Source: an uncultured Planctomycetota bacterium (lineage in GTDB: Bacteria > Planctomycetota > SKW154 > DAOVDS01). From it: a DNA stretch of 64,000 nt. The DNA is taken from the NCBI GenBank assembly GCA_964641955.1, contig CAZXNM010000018.1, positions 25,620-89,619 of the forward strand, read 5' to 3'. The position numbers and the translations under genes were made by a program. Under the pieces are notes generated by a model that worked only from the letters and a program-made list of their open reading frames with translations, did not search any database and was not told where the DNA came from. Below, piece by piece: positions 47,948-58,700 of this stretch (positions are counted from its first letter, which is position 1; each line of letters starts with the position of its first letter).

Positions 47948-50116
47948 GTGCGAATATGGTTTATTTTCCTGCTGGTGTGTGCCGTTCCCGGTGCAGTCTG
48001 TCTTGCTCAGGACAAGAAGCAGCCGGAGCAGCCTCCGGAACCCTGTACAGAACCCGGGGGAGATTTCGAGTTGCTGGCCGAATTGCGGCTTTTGGAGCAG
48101 AGAGGCCGTATCAATTCATTCGCCTTGAGCGATGACGACAAGCTCCTGGCAACTGCCGGTGCAGACAACACAGTCCGCATATGGGATTTTCAGGCTGTCA
48201 GGTGCCTTCGTACACTCAGGGCGCACAGGGACCAGGTCCTGACGGTCGCGTTTAGTCCCGGCGCGGAGCTCCTGTCTTCGGGCAGCGCAGACAAGACGGC
48301 GTGCATCTGGCATGTGAAATCCGGCGAGCGCTATTACACTCTCAAGAAGCACACCGGCGTGGTCAACGCCGTCGAGTTCAGCCGGGACGGCAAGCTGCTC
48401 GCGACCGCAAGCTCTGATAAGACACTGCGGCTGTGGGAGCCGGTCAGGGGCCAGTGTCTTCGCACGTTCCGGGGGCACGTGAAAGGAGTCAACTCCACCG
48501 CGTTCAGCCCGGACGGCAAGGTTCTGGCCTCGGCGGGCGGGGATAAGCTGGTCTATCTCTGGGATACGCAGACGGCTAAACGCCTGCGGGAGTTCGGGGA
48601 GCACTCTGGCAGCATCAGCTCGCTTGCATGTAGCAGAGACGGCACACTGCTGGCGTCCGCGGGCGATGACAAGGTAATCTTCATGTGGAATCCTCGGACG
48701 GGAAAGCAGCTCCGCAAACTCATTGGGAGCAAGAAGACAATCAGCTCGATCGCCCTGAGTCCGGACGGCATGCTCCTGGCATCTGCAAGCTCCGGCAGCC
48801 CGGTGCGGCTCTGGAACGTGGGTTCAGGTAGGATTAAGCAGGAAATCAAGCCTGAACCGGACCCGTCAATCATGGTTTCGTTCACTTCCAAGGGGGAGCT
48901 ACTGATACTGACGGGGGAAGCGAAGACTCTCCAAATCTGGGGCGTGCTCGGGCGGGACGTGAAGCTCAAATGCGAGCAGCTGATGAAGGAGATGGGGAGC
49001 GAAGCTTACAGGGAGCGGGAAGACGCAAGCGGGAACCTGCGTAAGTTGCTCAAATACTCTCTTATGAAGCGCCACACCCTCCTCGTATTCCTCCGGAAGC
49101 GGTTGAAAGAAACCGAGGACCCCGAGGTAATACACCGTCTGGGACGCGAACTCGATTACTACTTGAAGCCGTGGAAGTTCATCAAGGTGCTCCGAACAAT
49201 CAAGACCGGGACTTACCCTCAGAGTGTCGGGTTGAGTTCCGACGGCAGCCTGTTAGTTCTCGCCGGCGGCGGGTCCGACCAGGCGGGTATCTGGGACCTT
49301 CGAACCGGGAAGTGCAACTGTACGCTGCCTGTGAAGAATGCGACCTGGACTTCTTTTGCGTTCAGCCCGGACGGGAAGGTCCTGGCGGCAGCCAACTTCG
49401 GCGGCCTAATCTGTCTATATGACCCGAAGACAGGCAAGGATTTCTCTTCACTCAAGCAAGATGTGGAACGGCCGTGCAGTGTGAGGACGATCGCCTTTAG
49501 CCACAATGGCAGGCTGCTTGCATCCGGGCAGGAAGATGGCATTGTGCGGTTGTGGAATCCCAGTTCGGGCAAATGCCTTCATGTGCTCAAGGGGCACGAA
49601 AGGGAAGTCGTGTTATTGACGTTCGGCCCATACGGCAGGATGCTGGCTTCGGCGGATGGGGCGGGCATGCTGAAGCTCTGGGATGTCAAAACCGGCAAAC
49701 AACTGCGCTCCATCGAAAAGGATTCCACTCGCGGCATAACAATTGCGGTCGGTCCCGATGGCGGGCAAATGGCCGCCGTCTTTGGACCGCAGGGGCTGCG
49801 AATCTGTAATCCGGATACGGCAAAGCGCCTCCTGGGAAAACGCACTGACTCCCAGCGTAAGAGGATGTTGCGGCGCATGAGATGGCGTTCGCCCTTTGAC
49901 TCCTCGCGCGTATACAGCCCGGACGGGAAGATTGCGGTGAGTGCGGGCTTTTGGGATGGCGTGGATGTATATGATGCTCAGACCGGCAAGTGTGTCCGCA
50001 ATCTCGAGGGACACGGCGAGAGCGTACATTCCGTGTCTTTCGACAGGTCGGGCAGACGCATAATATCAATAGATCAGGGCGGGGTGGTGATTATCTGGAG
50101 CTGTCCCGGGCAGTAA
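47948..50116 (+). CDS. Secreted WD40-repeat protein with two propeller blocks separated by a helical module
   Basis: Likely GTG start 47948. Many AFSPDGxxLAS...DxTVRLWD repeats. Confidence 0.88.
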   Translation: MRIWFIFLLVCAVPGAVCLAQDKKQPEQPPEPCTEPGGDFELLAELRLLEQRGRINSFALSDDDKLLATAGADNTVRIWDFQAVRCLRTLRAHRDQVLTVAFSPGAELLSSGSADKTACIWHVKSGERYYTLKKHTGVVNAVEFSRDGKLLATASSDKTLRLWEPVRGQCLRTFRGHVKGVNSTAFSPDGKVLASAGGDKLVYLWDTQTAKRLREFGEHSGSISSLACSRDGTLLASAGDDKVIFMWNPRTGKQLRKLIGSKKTISSIALSPDGMLLASASSGSPVRLWNVGSGRIKQEIKPEPDPSIMVSFTSKGELLILTGEAKTLQIWGVLGRDVKLKCEQLMKEMGSEAYREREDASGNLRKLLKYSLMKRHTLLVFLRKRLKETEDPEVIHRLGRELDYYLKPWKFIKVLRTIKTGTYPQSVGLSSDGSLLVLAGGGSDQAGIWDLRTGKCNCTLPVKNATWTSFAFSPDGKVLAAANFGGLICLYDPKTGKDFSSLKQDVERPCSVRTIAFSHNGRLLASGQEDGIVRLWNPSSGKCLHVLKGHEREVVLLTFGPYGRMLASADGAGMLKLWDVKTGKQLRSIEKDSTRGITIAVGPDGGQMAAVFGPQGLRICNPDTAKRLLGKRTDSQRKRMLRRMRWRSPFDSSRVYSPDGKIAVSAGFWDGVDVYDAQTGKCVRNLEGHGESVHSVSFDRSGRRIISIDQGGVVIIWSCPGQ

Positions 50117-50125
50117 TCCCGGTTC

Positions 50126-51424
50126 TCAATCCATCTTCTTGAAGTTACCGCCGGTGGCTTTGGCGAGCGCTTCCATGAACTGGGCGCACTTGGCCTTATC
50201 TTCCTCGAAGCCGAAATCCTCGCCCTTGCCCACCATGAACGCGATGGTGTGGACCTTCCTGCTGCCCACAAGGTTCATGGCCTTGGTCTGGCCGAGAATC
50301 CAGTCGCGGTTGGCCTCGTCGCTGTTGGGCGGGTGCGTCGGCTCGCCGTCTGAGAGGAAGTAAATCGTGTCGATGTCCTCGTTCTGGAAGGCCTCCTTCA
50401 GGGCGCCGTAAGTGTATGTAACGCCATCGGCCTTGAGTTTCTTGATAAAGCCCTTAGCGCTGCTCTTGTTCCCGGCGGTTGCCTTGACGGGCTTCTTCTT
50501 CCAGGATTTGACCGACAGGTCGAAAGTGATTATGTTGAACTTGCACTTTTCGTCTATCTGCGTGTCGAGGACCTTGCAAAGCTCATCCTTGACAATGTCG
50601 AGCCGGCTCATTTTCTTCTTGGACTCTCCCCATTCCCCTTCGGTCTTCATGGAACCGGACGTATCGACTACGAATATCACTTTCTTGCTCTTGATTCGCC
50701 CGTAGATGGGACTGACCGCCACGGTCTTGGGCTCACCGATAATCGGCCTTGCGGTCTCGGGATTGTCATCATACCCACCGCCGCCTGCCGGCGGGGCCCA
50801 GGAGTCCCTCTTTTTCTTCCACCAGTTTTTCCAGTCCTCGGGCTCTTCGAGCCCGGTAGCGCCGGTCATCTTTTCGAGCACTTCGCCGATTTCATAGACG
50901 AGTCGGCCCTGCTCCTTCTGCACCTGCGCTATCAGCGCATCGACGAGCCTCGTGCTCGGGGTCATCGCGCCGAGCGCCTTCGCCACCGCAAGACGGACCT
51001 CCCATTTCTTGTCGCCGAGAATCTTGAGCAGCCCGTCAATCGAGAAGTCGTCTCCATACTCGCCGAGCACCTTGGCCATGACGGCGCGCAGCCGCCAGCT
51101 CTTCTCTTTCGTTATGTTTTCCGACATCCAGTGAACTATTTCCTGAGTGCGCATGCGGGAGAGGGCATCGTATGCAGCCTGCGTGGCGATATAGGAGGCA
51201 TCCTTCTCGAACGCAACAGCGAGGATGGCCTTGGCGGCCTCGACTGTCATCTGGCGGGAGACCTTATTTATTGCGGCTTTCTGATTGAGCGGGAAGTTCT
51301 TGGCATCTGCCCATTCCTTCTGGAATTCCTTGATGGCGTCGCTCTGGGCGAGACACAGCGGCACCGTCAGGAACACCAGTAGGAGAGCCGCGAGAATAAA
51401 ACGCAAATGTCCGGAAAACAGCAT
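50126..51424 (-). CDS. Secreted HEAT-repeat + VWA-domain protein
   Basis: SD AGGAGG, signal peptide, HEAT repeats, and MIDAS DTSGSM...T...FLSDG. Confidence 0.88.
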   Translation of the reverse strand: MLFSGHLRFILAALLLVFLTVPLCLAQSDAIKEFQKEWADAKNFPLNQKAAINKVSRQMTVEAAKAILAVAFEKDASYIATQAAYDALSRMRTQEIVHWMSENITKEKSWRLRAVMAKVLGEYGDDFSIDGLLKILGDKKWEVRLAVAKALGAMTPSTRLVDALIAQVQKEQGRLVYEIGEVLEKMTGATGLEEPEDWKNWWKKKRDSWAPPAGGGGYDDNPETARPIIGEPKTVAVSPIYGRIKSKKVIFVVDTSGSMKTEGEWGESKKKMSRLDIVKDELCKVLDTQIDEKCKFNIITFDLSVKSWKKKPVKATAGNKSSAKGFIKKLKADGVTYTYGALKEAFQNEDIDTIYFLSDGEPTHPPNSDEANRDWILGQTKAMNLVGSRKVHTIAFMVGKGEDFGFEEDKAKCAQFMEALAKATGGNFKKMD

Positions 51425-51463
51425 CTGTAATCCTCCTGTCCCGCGAGCAGGAACCCGGCTGCC

Positions 51464-53683
51464 TTACTTGCTGTTGCCGTCGGCCTTGAAGAAGAGCCGG
51501 TGCCTGAACTCGCCGTAGTTTCTCTTTGAGAGGTCTCGCAGGAAGTCCACGCTGGGTCCCACGGGCACGGGGTTGTTGGCTCCATCGGTGTGTTGAACCG
51601 TGTAGAAGCCTACTGCGTGGATGCGCGTTTTGCCCTGCAGGTTCTGGTCGGCAATAACTCGCACAAGCTTCGGGGGGTAGACATAACGCCCTTCGTTCGG
51701 CACGCCGTCGCTGATGATGACTAGGTCGTCCGGCTTGCTGCGCAGGACCGTTGTCAGGGCGTGGTAGAAATTGGTTTTTCTTTCTTGGGGCAGCAGCACC
51801 CTGTCGAGCCACTGCAGAGCCTTGGCTTTGTTGAGCTTGTCGGCGCGCGGGAGAGATGTCTGGGAAAAGCCCCGTATGTTCGAGCTGAAGAAGACTATGT
51901 TGAACTTGGTTTCCTTCGGGAGGCCGATTATGGACTGCTTGATTAGGTTTTTCGCCTCGTCCAGCTTGCCGTCGTTTCTCATGCTGCCCGATGCATCCAC
52001 GAGGTAAACAACCGAGTTTGTCCACAGCGGGATGTCGATAAACGATGCGGGCGCGCCCGGAATCGCCCCGGGGTCGGGATTTGTCTCGGGGTATGGCCCC
52101 ATCTTCTTGAACCAGGAACTCCAGTCGGAGCCTTTCACGTAGCGCTCGCCCGTAATCCGCCACAGAGCAGTCAGGACGGCGCCGCGCAGTCTCAGGTCTG
52201 TCTGGGTCTTGTGGCTCTTGTAAAGCTTAATCAGCGGTTCGACCGCCCTCACATCGGGATTCTCGGAAAGCGCCATGGCGGCGGCTTCCTCGACGAGCGG
52301 CTGGGCATCGTTGAGGAGGCGGATCAGCGGCATCACGCAGCTAAATGTTCCCGTCCTGCCGAGTGCCCGGAGCGCGGCTTCTCTTACGACCCACTGCCTG
52401 TCCTTGAGAGCCTTTAGCAGGACCTCCTCGGCGGCCGTGTCCTTAGTTGCGCCGAGCGCCATGCAGATAGCCACACGCACCTTTTCGTCCGGTTCCTTAA
52501 GCAACGCGGCCGCAAGCGGCTTGTAAGATACGGGCTTGTCCACGATGGCGAGTACTTCGGCGACCATCTTGCGCACGTTCGCTTGCCGCTTCTGAGAAGA
52601 CAGGACTTCGCTGACCAGCCAGTCGAGAGTCTCCTGCCGTTCTATCTGGGCAAGCGCGTCCGGTACGGTCTCGCGAATTTCCCCTTCTTCTGCTGCGTCA
52701 TCGTAGATGTAGAGCATTACGCCTGCAGCCTGCTTGCTGCCGTTTTCCGCAAGCGCAAACAGCGCCTCCCGCCGCACGGAAGTATCAACTTTCCTGCGTT
52801 CGCCTATCAGGATGCTCTTGAAGAAATTCAGGGTTTTTTCAATAGGCAGACTTGCCAGCTTGTGCAGAGCATCCACCTGGCCGTCAACGTTGCGGGCCTT
52901 GGCCGCCGAGAAGAAATCGTTCTCGAGCGTCCGCAGATTTGCCGCGGCAACCTTGACTTCTTTGTCGGGTTCCTGCTTCAGAGGTTCTTCGCCGGGGCCT
53001 TCGACGTGTGTGCCTTCACTGCCCGGTGCGGGTGGCGTTTCGGGAATTTCAGGTTTCTCCTCGACATCATGCTCCCTGGGCTTGTCTTTAACGATAGCTT
53101 CTGGTTTTTCTTGCCTGCCTTCGTCTACAAAGGATGGTAATTCAGGCGCCTTGGGTCTGTCAGGCACCTCTACCGGTTTCTCGCGCTCAGATTCTATCGG
53201 GAACAGCTCGGCCAAATGCTGCTTCTTCTTTTCCTCTTCATACTGCTCCGGACTTACGTATGTAGTCTTCACGAATGGCTGCTTCTCCTGGCTGTCGTCC
53301 GCAGCGGTAATATCAGGCTCGTCCGGTATATCGGTTGGCTCTTTTACGCCGGATTTGGACATGATAAGCACTATGACTATCAACGCTGCTGCGGCAATGC
53401 CGGCCGATATGGCTTTCCTGACCCAGTTGCGCGACATCACCGGTACCATGTAGGCCCCGGTGCCCTCCCTGTGCAGCCGGGCTTCCAGGCGTCTTACGAA
53501 CGAGGGCGAGGCTGCAAGGCGGGGTGCCTGCTTGAGCGCTTTCTTCGCATCCCGGAGATCCTTGAAGTACTGCGAACACTCCCGGCACGAACTTATGTGA
53601 TTGAGCAGGGACCGGGCCTCTTCCGGCTCAAGCTGTCCGTCCACAAGGTACGATAATTTTATCTTGTTCTCTTCGCAGCCCAT
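51464..53683 (-). CDS. Zinc-finger (zf-HC2/ZAS) anti-sigma-like membrane protein with HEAT repeats and a VWA domain
   Basis: YLVDGQL...HISSCREC, one TM helix, PE/K-rich linker, HEAT repeats, and MIDAS DASGSM...ISDG. Confidence 0.85.
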   Translation of the reverse strand: MGCEENKIKLSYLVDGQLEPEEARSLLNHISSCRECSQYFKDLRDAKKALKQAPRLAASPSFVRRLEARLHREGTGAYMVPVMSRNWVRKAISAGIAAAALIVIVLIMSKSGVKEPTDIPDEPDITAADDSQEKQPFVKTTYVSPEQYEEEKKKQHLAELFPIESEREKPVEVPDRPKAPELPSFVDEGRQEKPEAIVKDKPREHDVEEKPEIPETPPAPGSEGTHVEGPGEEPLKQEPDKEVKVAAANLRTLENDFFSAAKARNVDGQVDALHKLASLPIEKTLNFFKSILIGERRKVDTSVRREALFALAENGSKQAAGVMLYIYDDAAEEGEIRETVPDALAQIERQETLDWLVSEVLSSQKRQANVRKMVAEVLAIVDKPVSYKPLAAALLKEPDEKVRVAICMALGATKDTAAEEVLLKALKDRQWVVREAALRALGRTGTFSCVMPLIRLLNDAQPLVEEAAAMALSENPDVRAVEPLIKLYKSHKTQTDLRLRGAVLTALWRITGERYVKGSDWSSWFKKMGPYPETNPDPGAIPGAPASFIDIPLWTNSVVYLVDASGSMRNDGKLDEAKNLIKQSIIGLPKETKFNIVFFSSNIRGFSQTSLPRADKLNKAKALQWLDRVLLPQERKTNFYHALTTVLRSKPDDLVIISDGVPNEGRYVYPPKLVRVIADQNLQGKTRIHAVGFYTVQHTDGANNPVPVGPSVDFLRDLSKRNYGEFRHRLFFKADGNSK

Positions 53684-53794
53684 TTAATTCCTCTGAGCGC
53701 GACCACGTTCCTGTAGCACGAACCCCGGCAACCGGGGTGCCGCAATCGAAACCAGGCACCTCCATATAGTGGGTTCCTGCATAAATATATACAC
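53684..53794 (-). CDS. Candidate 36-aa small ORF/leader peptide (MYIFMQEPTIWRCLVSIAAPRLPGFVLQERGRAQRN)
   Basis: SD AGGAGAGG 8 nt upstream of GTG. Its stop TAA directly abuts the ATG of the anti-sigma gene. Confidence 0.3.
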   Translation of the reverse strand: MYIFMQEPTIWRCLVSIAAPRLPGFVLQERGRAQRN

Positions 53795-53929
53795 GTAAAT
53801 TTCCTCTCCTATTGCACAATTCAGCAACTTCTCAGAAATTTCAGGAAAAAATCTCGGAGTTCTTTGTCGATGGTCCGGGCGGGATGTTTAATGCTACCCC
53901 GGGATGCGTTTTTTTGCTACAATATCTTC

Positions 53930-54415
53930 ATGGAAACGGAAGGCGATGATTTCTTCATGGGCGAGGCTTTGAAGCTTGCGCGCCGCGCCGCGCAGGAGAA
54001 TGAGGTCCCGGTCGGGTGCGTGATTGTACACGGAGGCAGGATAATCGCGCGCGCACACAATCAGGTCGAAACGCTGCGGGACCCGACGGCGCATGCCGAG
54101 ATGATTGCCATAACCCAGGCGGCGGAGGCACTCGGGAACCACAGGTTCGCGGGAACATGCCTGTACGTTACCTGCGAGCCGTGCGCCATGTGTTCCGGCG
54201 CCATGCTGCTTGCGAGAATCGAAAGAGTAGTATACGGCGCTTCGGAGCCCAAGACGGGTTGCGCGGGGTCGCTAATGGACTTGCTGCGAGATGGGCGGTT
54301 TAACCACCGCTGCGAGGTCACCGGCGGCGTTATGGCGCAGGAGGCAGCGGAGCTTATGAAGCAGTTTTTCGAAGACATGAGGAAGAAGAAGGGTTTAAAA
54401 AACGTCGAAAGCTGA
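53930..54415 (+). CDS. tadA: tRNA adenosine(34) deaminase
   Basis: EVPVGCVIV, DPTAHAEM and EPCAMC. Start assigned to ATG 53930. Confidence 0.95.
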   Translation: METEGDDFFMGEALKLARRAAQENEVPVGCVIVHGGRIIARAHNQVETLRDPTAHAEMIAITQAAEALGNHRFAGTCLYVTCEPCAMCSGAMLLARIERVVYGASEPKTGCAGSLMDLLRDGRFNHRCEVTGGVMAQEAAELMKQFFEDMRKKKGLKNVES

Positions 54416-54431
54416 TAGAATTGCTTGGATG

Positions 54432-54516
<85 letters not shown>

Positions 54517-54719
54517 TTTTGTAACCCGCGTGAATGCTGGCTTTCAGCGCGGTTGCCCGAGTTCGGGTTGGAGTGGCTTTGCAACTCCTCAACGGGGATT
54601 TCTGTCGAAACCTTGTCGGAATCGGGCAGGGACTCAACCGTGCCATGCTGCCTTTCGGTGTTACCTCAGCCTGCATTATGAGCCCGAGTAAAGTGTGAAG
54701 ACTGGAACTCATCTCATAT

Positions 54720-55094
54720 TCAATTCGATGGGACGACTGGGTTTTCCGGTATGTAGACGACTTCTCCCGTCTTGAGCCTGTAGCATACACCGAGTCTCTT
54801 TCCCTCGCCTCCTATCCGGTCGGTGGTCATCCTGTATTTTTCCAGCTTGATTCCTCTCTTGTTGATAATCTCCATATCCGGCTTGCCGGGATTCTTGACC
54901 AGAGTTACATCCTCTCTCTCTGCCAGGAATTCCGGCAGGCTGAAATAGGTGACCAGCGCCAGAAGCAGCGCAACGGCGAAGACCATGCCTGCATCAAAGA
55001 GATTGGCCATGCCCGCGAGAGGGTCGTCTTCAGCCGGAGACAATATTTTCCTGAACCGCCTTGCCTGCCTGTATCCTGCCGGCGTTTCCGTCAT
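54720..55094 (-). CDS. DUF2149-family protein (HmuV-like)
   Basis: DDPLAGMANLFDAGMVFAVALL, KNPGKP.MEII, and G.G.RLG..YRL.TGEVVYIPE. Confidence 0.88.
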   Translation of the reverse strand: MTETPAGYRQARRFRKILSPAEDDPLAGMANLFDAGMVFAVALLLALVTYFSLPEFLAEREDVTLVKNPGKPDMEIINKRGIKLEKYRMTTDRIGGEGKRLGVCYRLKTGEVVYIPENPVVPSN

Positions 55095-55728
55095 CCTGTA
55101 TTTCTCCTCCCTTGTTCCGGGTGGACCAGTTCATGACGAATTCAATATCCGCCATGTCCTGCGCATACCACCTGCGGCGCGCGAGATTCATTCCGTAACA
55201 GAGGCCGCCGACGGCAAGCCCCAGAACGGTCGTGCTGAAGGCAACCACGAGGTTCATCGCCATTTCATGGATGTTTCCCGATGTCAGCCCTATCAGAGCG
55301 GGCCCCAGGGGAATGAGGGTTCCCATCAGGCCCAGCATGGGCCCCAACCGGGTGCCAAAAGACATTCGGGAGAGCTTCCCTGCAATCTCGATTTCCAAAT
55401 CGGCCATCAGTTTGTGCATCAAGATCAAGTCGCCGTGCAGTTGCTGCGCCATATACGAGAACTTTCCCAGGAAGCCCGGCAACGCAGGCTTGCCGAAGAA
55501 CTCCAGGTTGAAACCGGCGGGGTTTTTCCGGGAGCTTCCGGAGCTTTTCGCGGAAAGGTTTTTGTACAGCCGCCTCCATTCTTTCCGCCCCTTGCGACGG
55601 TCGAGATACTCTCGAACGAAACCGCCGGCTTCCATGAGCGACCATCCCAGCATGAACAGCAAGGTGAGAATGACAGGCACCAGCAGCGCCGTAGAGACGA
55701 CATAGAGAATTCTAATAAGGGACTCCAA
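55030..55728 (-). CDS. MotA/TolQ/ExbB proton-channel-family protein (HmuU-like)
   Basis: Likely TTG start 55728 (SD GAGGGG). LGPMLGLMGTLIPLGPAL and VVAFSTTVLGL. Confidence 0.9.
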   Translation of the reverse strand: MESLIRILYVVSTALLVPVILTLLFMLGWSLMEAGGFVREYLDRRKGRKEWRRLYKNLSAKSSGSSRKNPAGFNLEFFGKPALPGFLGKFSYMAQQLHGDLILMHKLMADLEIEIAGKLSRMSFGTRLGPMLGLMGTLIPLGPALIGLTSGNIHEMAMNLVVAFSTTVLGLAVGGLCYGMNLARRRWYAQDMADIEFVMNWSTRNKGGEIQDDGNAGRIQAGKAVQENIVSG

Positions 55729-55742
55729 CGCATTCCCCTCCT

Positions 55743-58700
55743 TTATTTTGCCTCGAAACGAGGAGCGCCTTTCCGAAACCGGTAGCCCGCATATATGACA
55801 AGGATGACCACAAGGCCTATCAGCATCTCGGTCAGGGGCCAAGTCCGTGCGACCGACGAAGTTTCTTTTACGGGCTCCATCTTCTTGCCTTCCACAGTCT
55901 CTTCTTCAGGCTCCTCGACCGGCGGCGCGGGCGCAGCTTCTTCCGGCCTGGATGATGCCATCTCGGCGGCCGTCTTCTGGCGGTACTGCTCAAGGAGCGC
56001 CCGGGTTACCTTTCCCGTCGTGCTGTCGGGGCCCGGCGCCGAGAGCGTCCGCGCGAGGAAGAAATCGAGCTTCTCGTTGACCTCGCCGGGCTCGCTGTGG
56101 CCGTGGCGGACGACCGACTCTGCATACGCAGTCGCTATTTCCAGAAGAGTCGCCTCGTCGGGACGCCAGTACTCCTTCCTGATTGCCTCCAGCAGGTTTT
56201 CCGTCAGCCCCTGGAAAGCATACGGATTCTTGGCTTCGAACCACTCCCGGATATTCAGGTTCTTCTTGTCGCGCAGGTAGACATTGACAATCTCCTCCCA
56301 GATGTCGGCGGAGACGCTGTCTTCCCGGTTGATTTCCCATCCCAGCGTGCAGAATACTCCGCCAGCCATCTGCTGGGCACCGGCGTAACCCTCCTCCATC
56401 ATACCCTCAATCCACTTGCGATTGAAGAGCGTCGCGCGGATATCCTTGCGCATGGCGTCTTCCGCCCGGACGACTTCTTCCTCACCGGGATTGCGAAGGT
56501 CCGAAATAAAATAATCCGGCTCCTTGCCCGTCACTTCCTTGATAACCAGACACAGGTTTCCGCCGTTGTACCATCCGCCCCTGTGCGGGCCGCCCCGGGT
56601 GACATTTTTCAGCACGACCCCGGTTCCCTGGAGGTGACGCCTGTATGCTTCGCGCGTCTTCTCGCCCCAGCATCCCTCGGTGTACGCGTAGTCCCGCTCT
56701 TCGAGATACACATCGACCAGCTCCAGGCGCGAGTCCCATTTGCCCGTCTCTTCGAGCAGAAGGAAGTGAGTATAGCTTACCAGTTCCGGTGCCATTGCGA
56801 AAATGCGGGCGCGGGACAACGTTTCCGCGCGCTCCTGCGACAGGCCGTCCACCTTGAGCTCTCGATAGACTCGCGTCCGGTTCTTGAAGAGATTGTTGTT
56901 CGGTTCGTCAAGCTCGGAGACCATTCGAATAGCCTTGTCCCACAGGCGCAGCCGGCCTTCGAGATAGTCAACGTAATAATCGTATGTCTCGACGAAAACA
57001 TCGATTCTCGGACGGCCCAACTCCTTTGAGGGAATAAGCGCAACATCCATCACCCGGTTGCTCGCGTCCCAGACTGGACGGACCCCAATCAGATAGAGAA
57101 TCTGCGACTCCAGAACGCCGTAATCCATAAGGGTGCTGCGGAAATTCAGGGAAAGGCCGATTTTCTCCGGATAGCACCCGTCGGTTTTGAGTTTCTCGGC
57201 AAGCAGTTGGTCCACGAGCTGCTTGCCAAGCTCCCATGAGGGCTTGCTGGGAATTTCTTCCGGGTTCATGATATACATGTTCCGGCCCGTGGGGAGCACG
57301 GCCGGGTTGCGTTCGGGCAGGTTTCCCGGACCCGGCGGCATGAACCGCCCGTTCAGCGCGACGAGGTAATTGTCGATTTCCATGTGCGTTCGGGCGAAGC
57401 CGTCGTGCAGGTGCTTGGCGGCGTCGAAACCTTCCTTGAGCTTCCTCGGCATCCCCTGCTCGCCTATCTTGCCTCCGACCGAGGCGATGGCTTCCCCCGG
57501 AGATTGATTCTGCTTGAGAACCTTTTCAATCACTTCCTGCGCCTTTTGCCGGAGATATTTCTTGCGGTCTCCCGGCAGGCGGTCATGTTCCGGCGGGACC
57601 GGGACCGTTTCATCCAACCCGTCCAGGAAATGTCCCCCCAGACAGGTCACGACATAAGGTGCCAGCAAGTCGTCGCGCGGAGGCTGCCCCATCACGTGAT
57701 AGTTCACGTTTATCTTCTCGTGGTAAATCTCGCTTAAATATCCGGCGATGCTCCTGATTTCCTCGGGTGTCAGTAACTGGTCCCTCTTCAAGTCAAGGCG
57801 CAGGTCCTGGTCCAGATGCGTTTCGCGCACCTGCTGCGTGATGGATGCCCGGAATTTTTCTTCGAGCGCACCTTCGGGCGTCCGGTCCCACTTGATGATA
57901 TCGGTCTGGAGGTTCAAGAGCTCGTCCGCCAGTTCCGCGTTCACGTCCGGCGAGACGAGATGGTCATCGAGGACGGCGCGCGTCTTGCGTCGCGCCGGCA
58001 GGGACCAGTTCAGCTCGCAAATCGGCCATACCCGGACGTTTGGCATATTCCCCATGAGGATGTCGGGCCAGTCCGCCCGGCGCAGGCCTATCGCCTTGCG
58101 GGGCAGGCAGTAGTCCATTATCAGGAACTCCCACACGACTAGGGCATCGGTCTTGAAGCCCTCCTCGATCCAGAAATTGGCCGCCAGCTCGTTGTGGCTG
58201 GGCTGGACGTTGTAGGGGTCCTCTCTCAGTCGCTTCAGGAGCGCCTCGCGGTTGTCTTGGTCCAGGGCGTCCTCGCCCTCCGGGAACTGCTTGGGCACGA
58301 GAATCACCTTGCTGCCGTCCAGGTCAATCTTGGGAATGACGAGGAACTGTTTCCCCCGGTCATCCTTCCAGACCATGAACTTGCCCGGTATCTCACCCCA
58401 CTCCTTGATTACGGCCTTTCTCTGCTCCTCGGGCACTTTCGCTTCGAACCACTTCCGGTACGTCTCCACGGGAAGCAGGACGGCTTTCCCGCTGCGGGCC
58501 AGCTTGTCCAGTTCGTCCGGCGCGTCGGACAGAATCTGCCGGCCGTGGTCTATCATCCAGTCAATCAGCTCGTCCTGGTCCTTCGGTATCTTGTTAACCA
58601 CATAGCCTTCCCGCTTCATCCGTTTAAGTAGATTAATGATGCTCTCGGCGTAAAGCGTGTCCTGCGTGCCTACCAGCATCTCCCCCTTGTCCGGAGGCCC

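Noticed and set aside
54517-54719. SRP (4.5S) RNA or an att site/integrase after tadA-tRNA-Ser
   Set aside because: There is no SRP helix-8 signature, no repeat of the tRNA 3' end elsewhere in the window, and no integrase ORF.
58090-58170. Compensating frameshifts explaining the missing HxGxHG in the CobN-like gene
   Set aside because: One alternative frame has a stop and the other reads SRVGVPDNGLLP. Neither restores the motif, and the flanks align gap-free.
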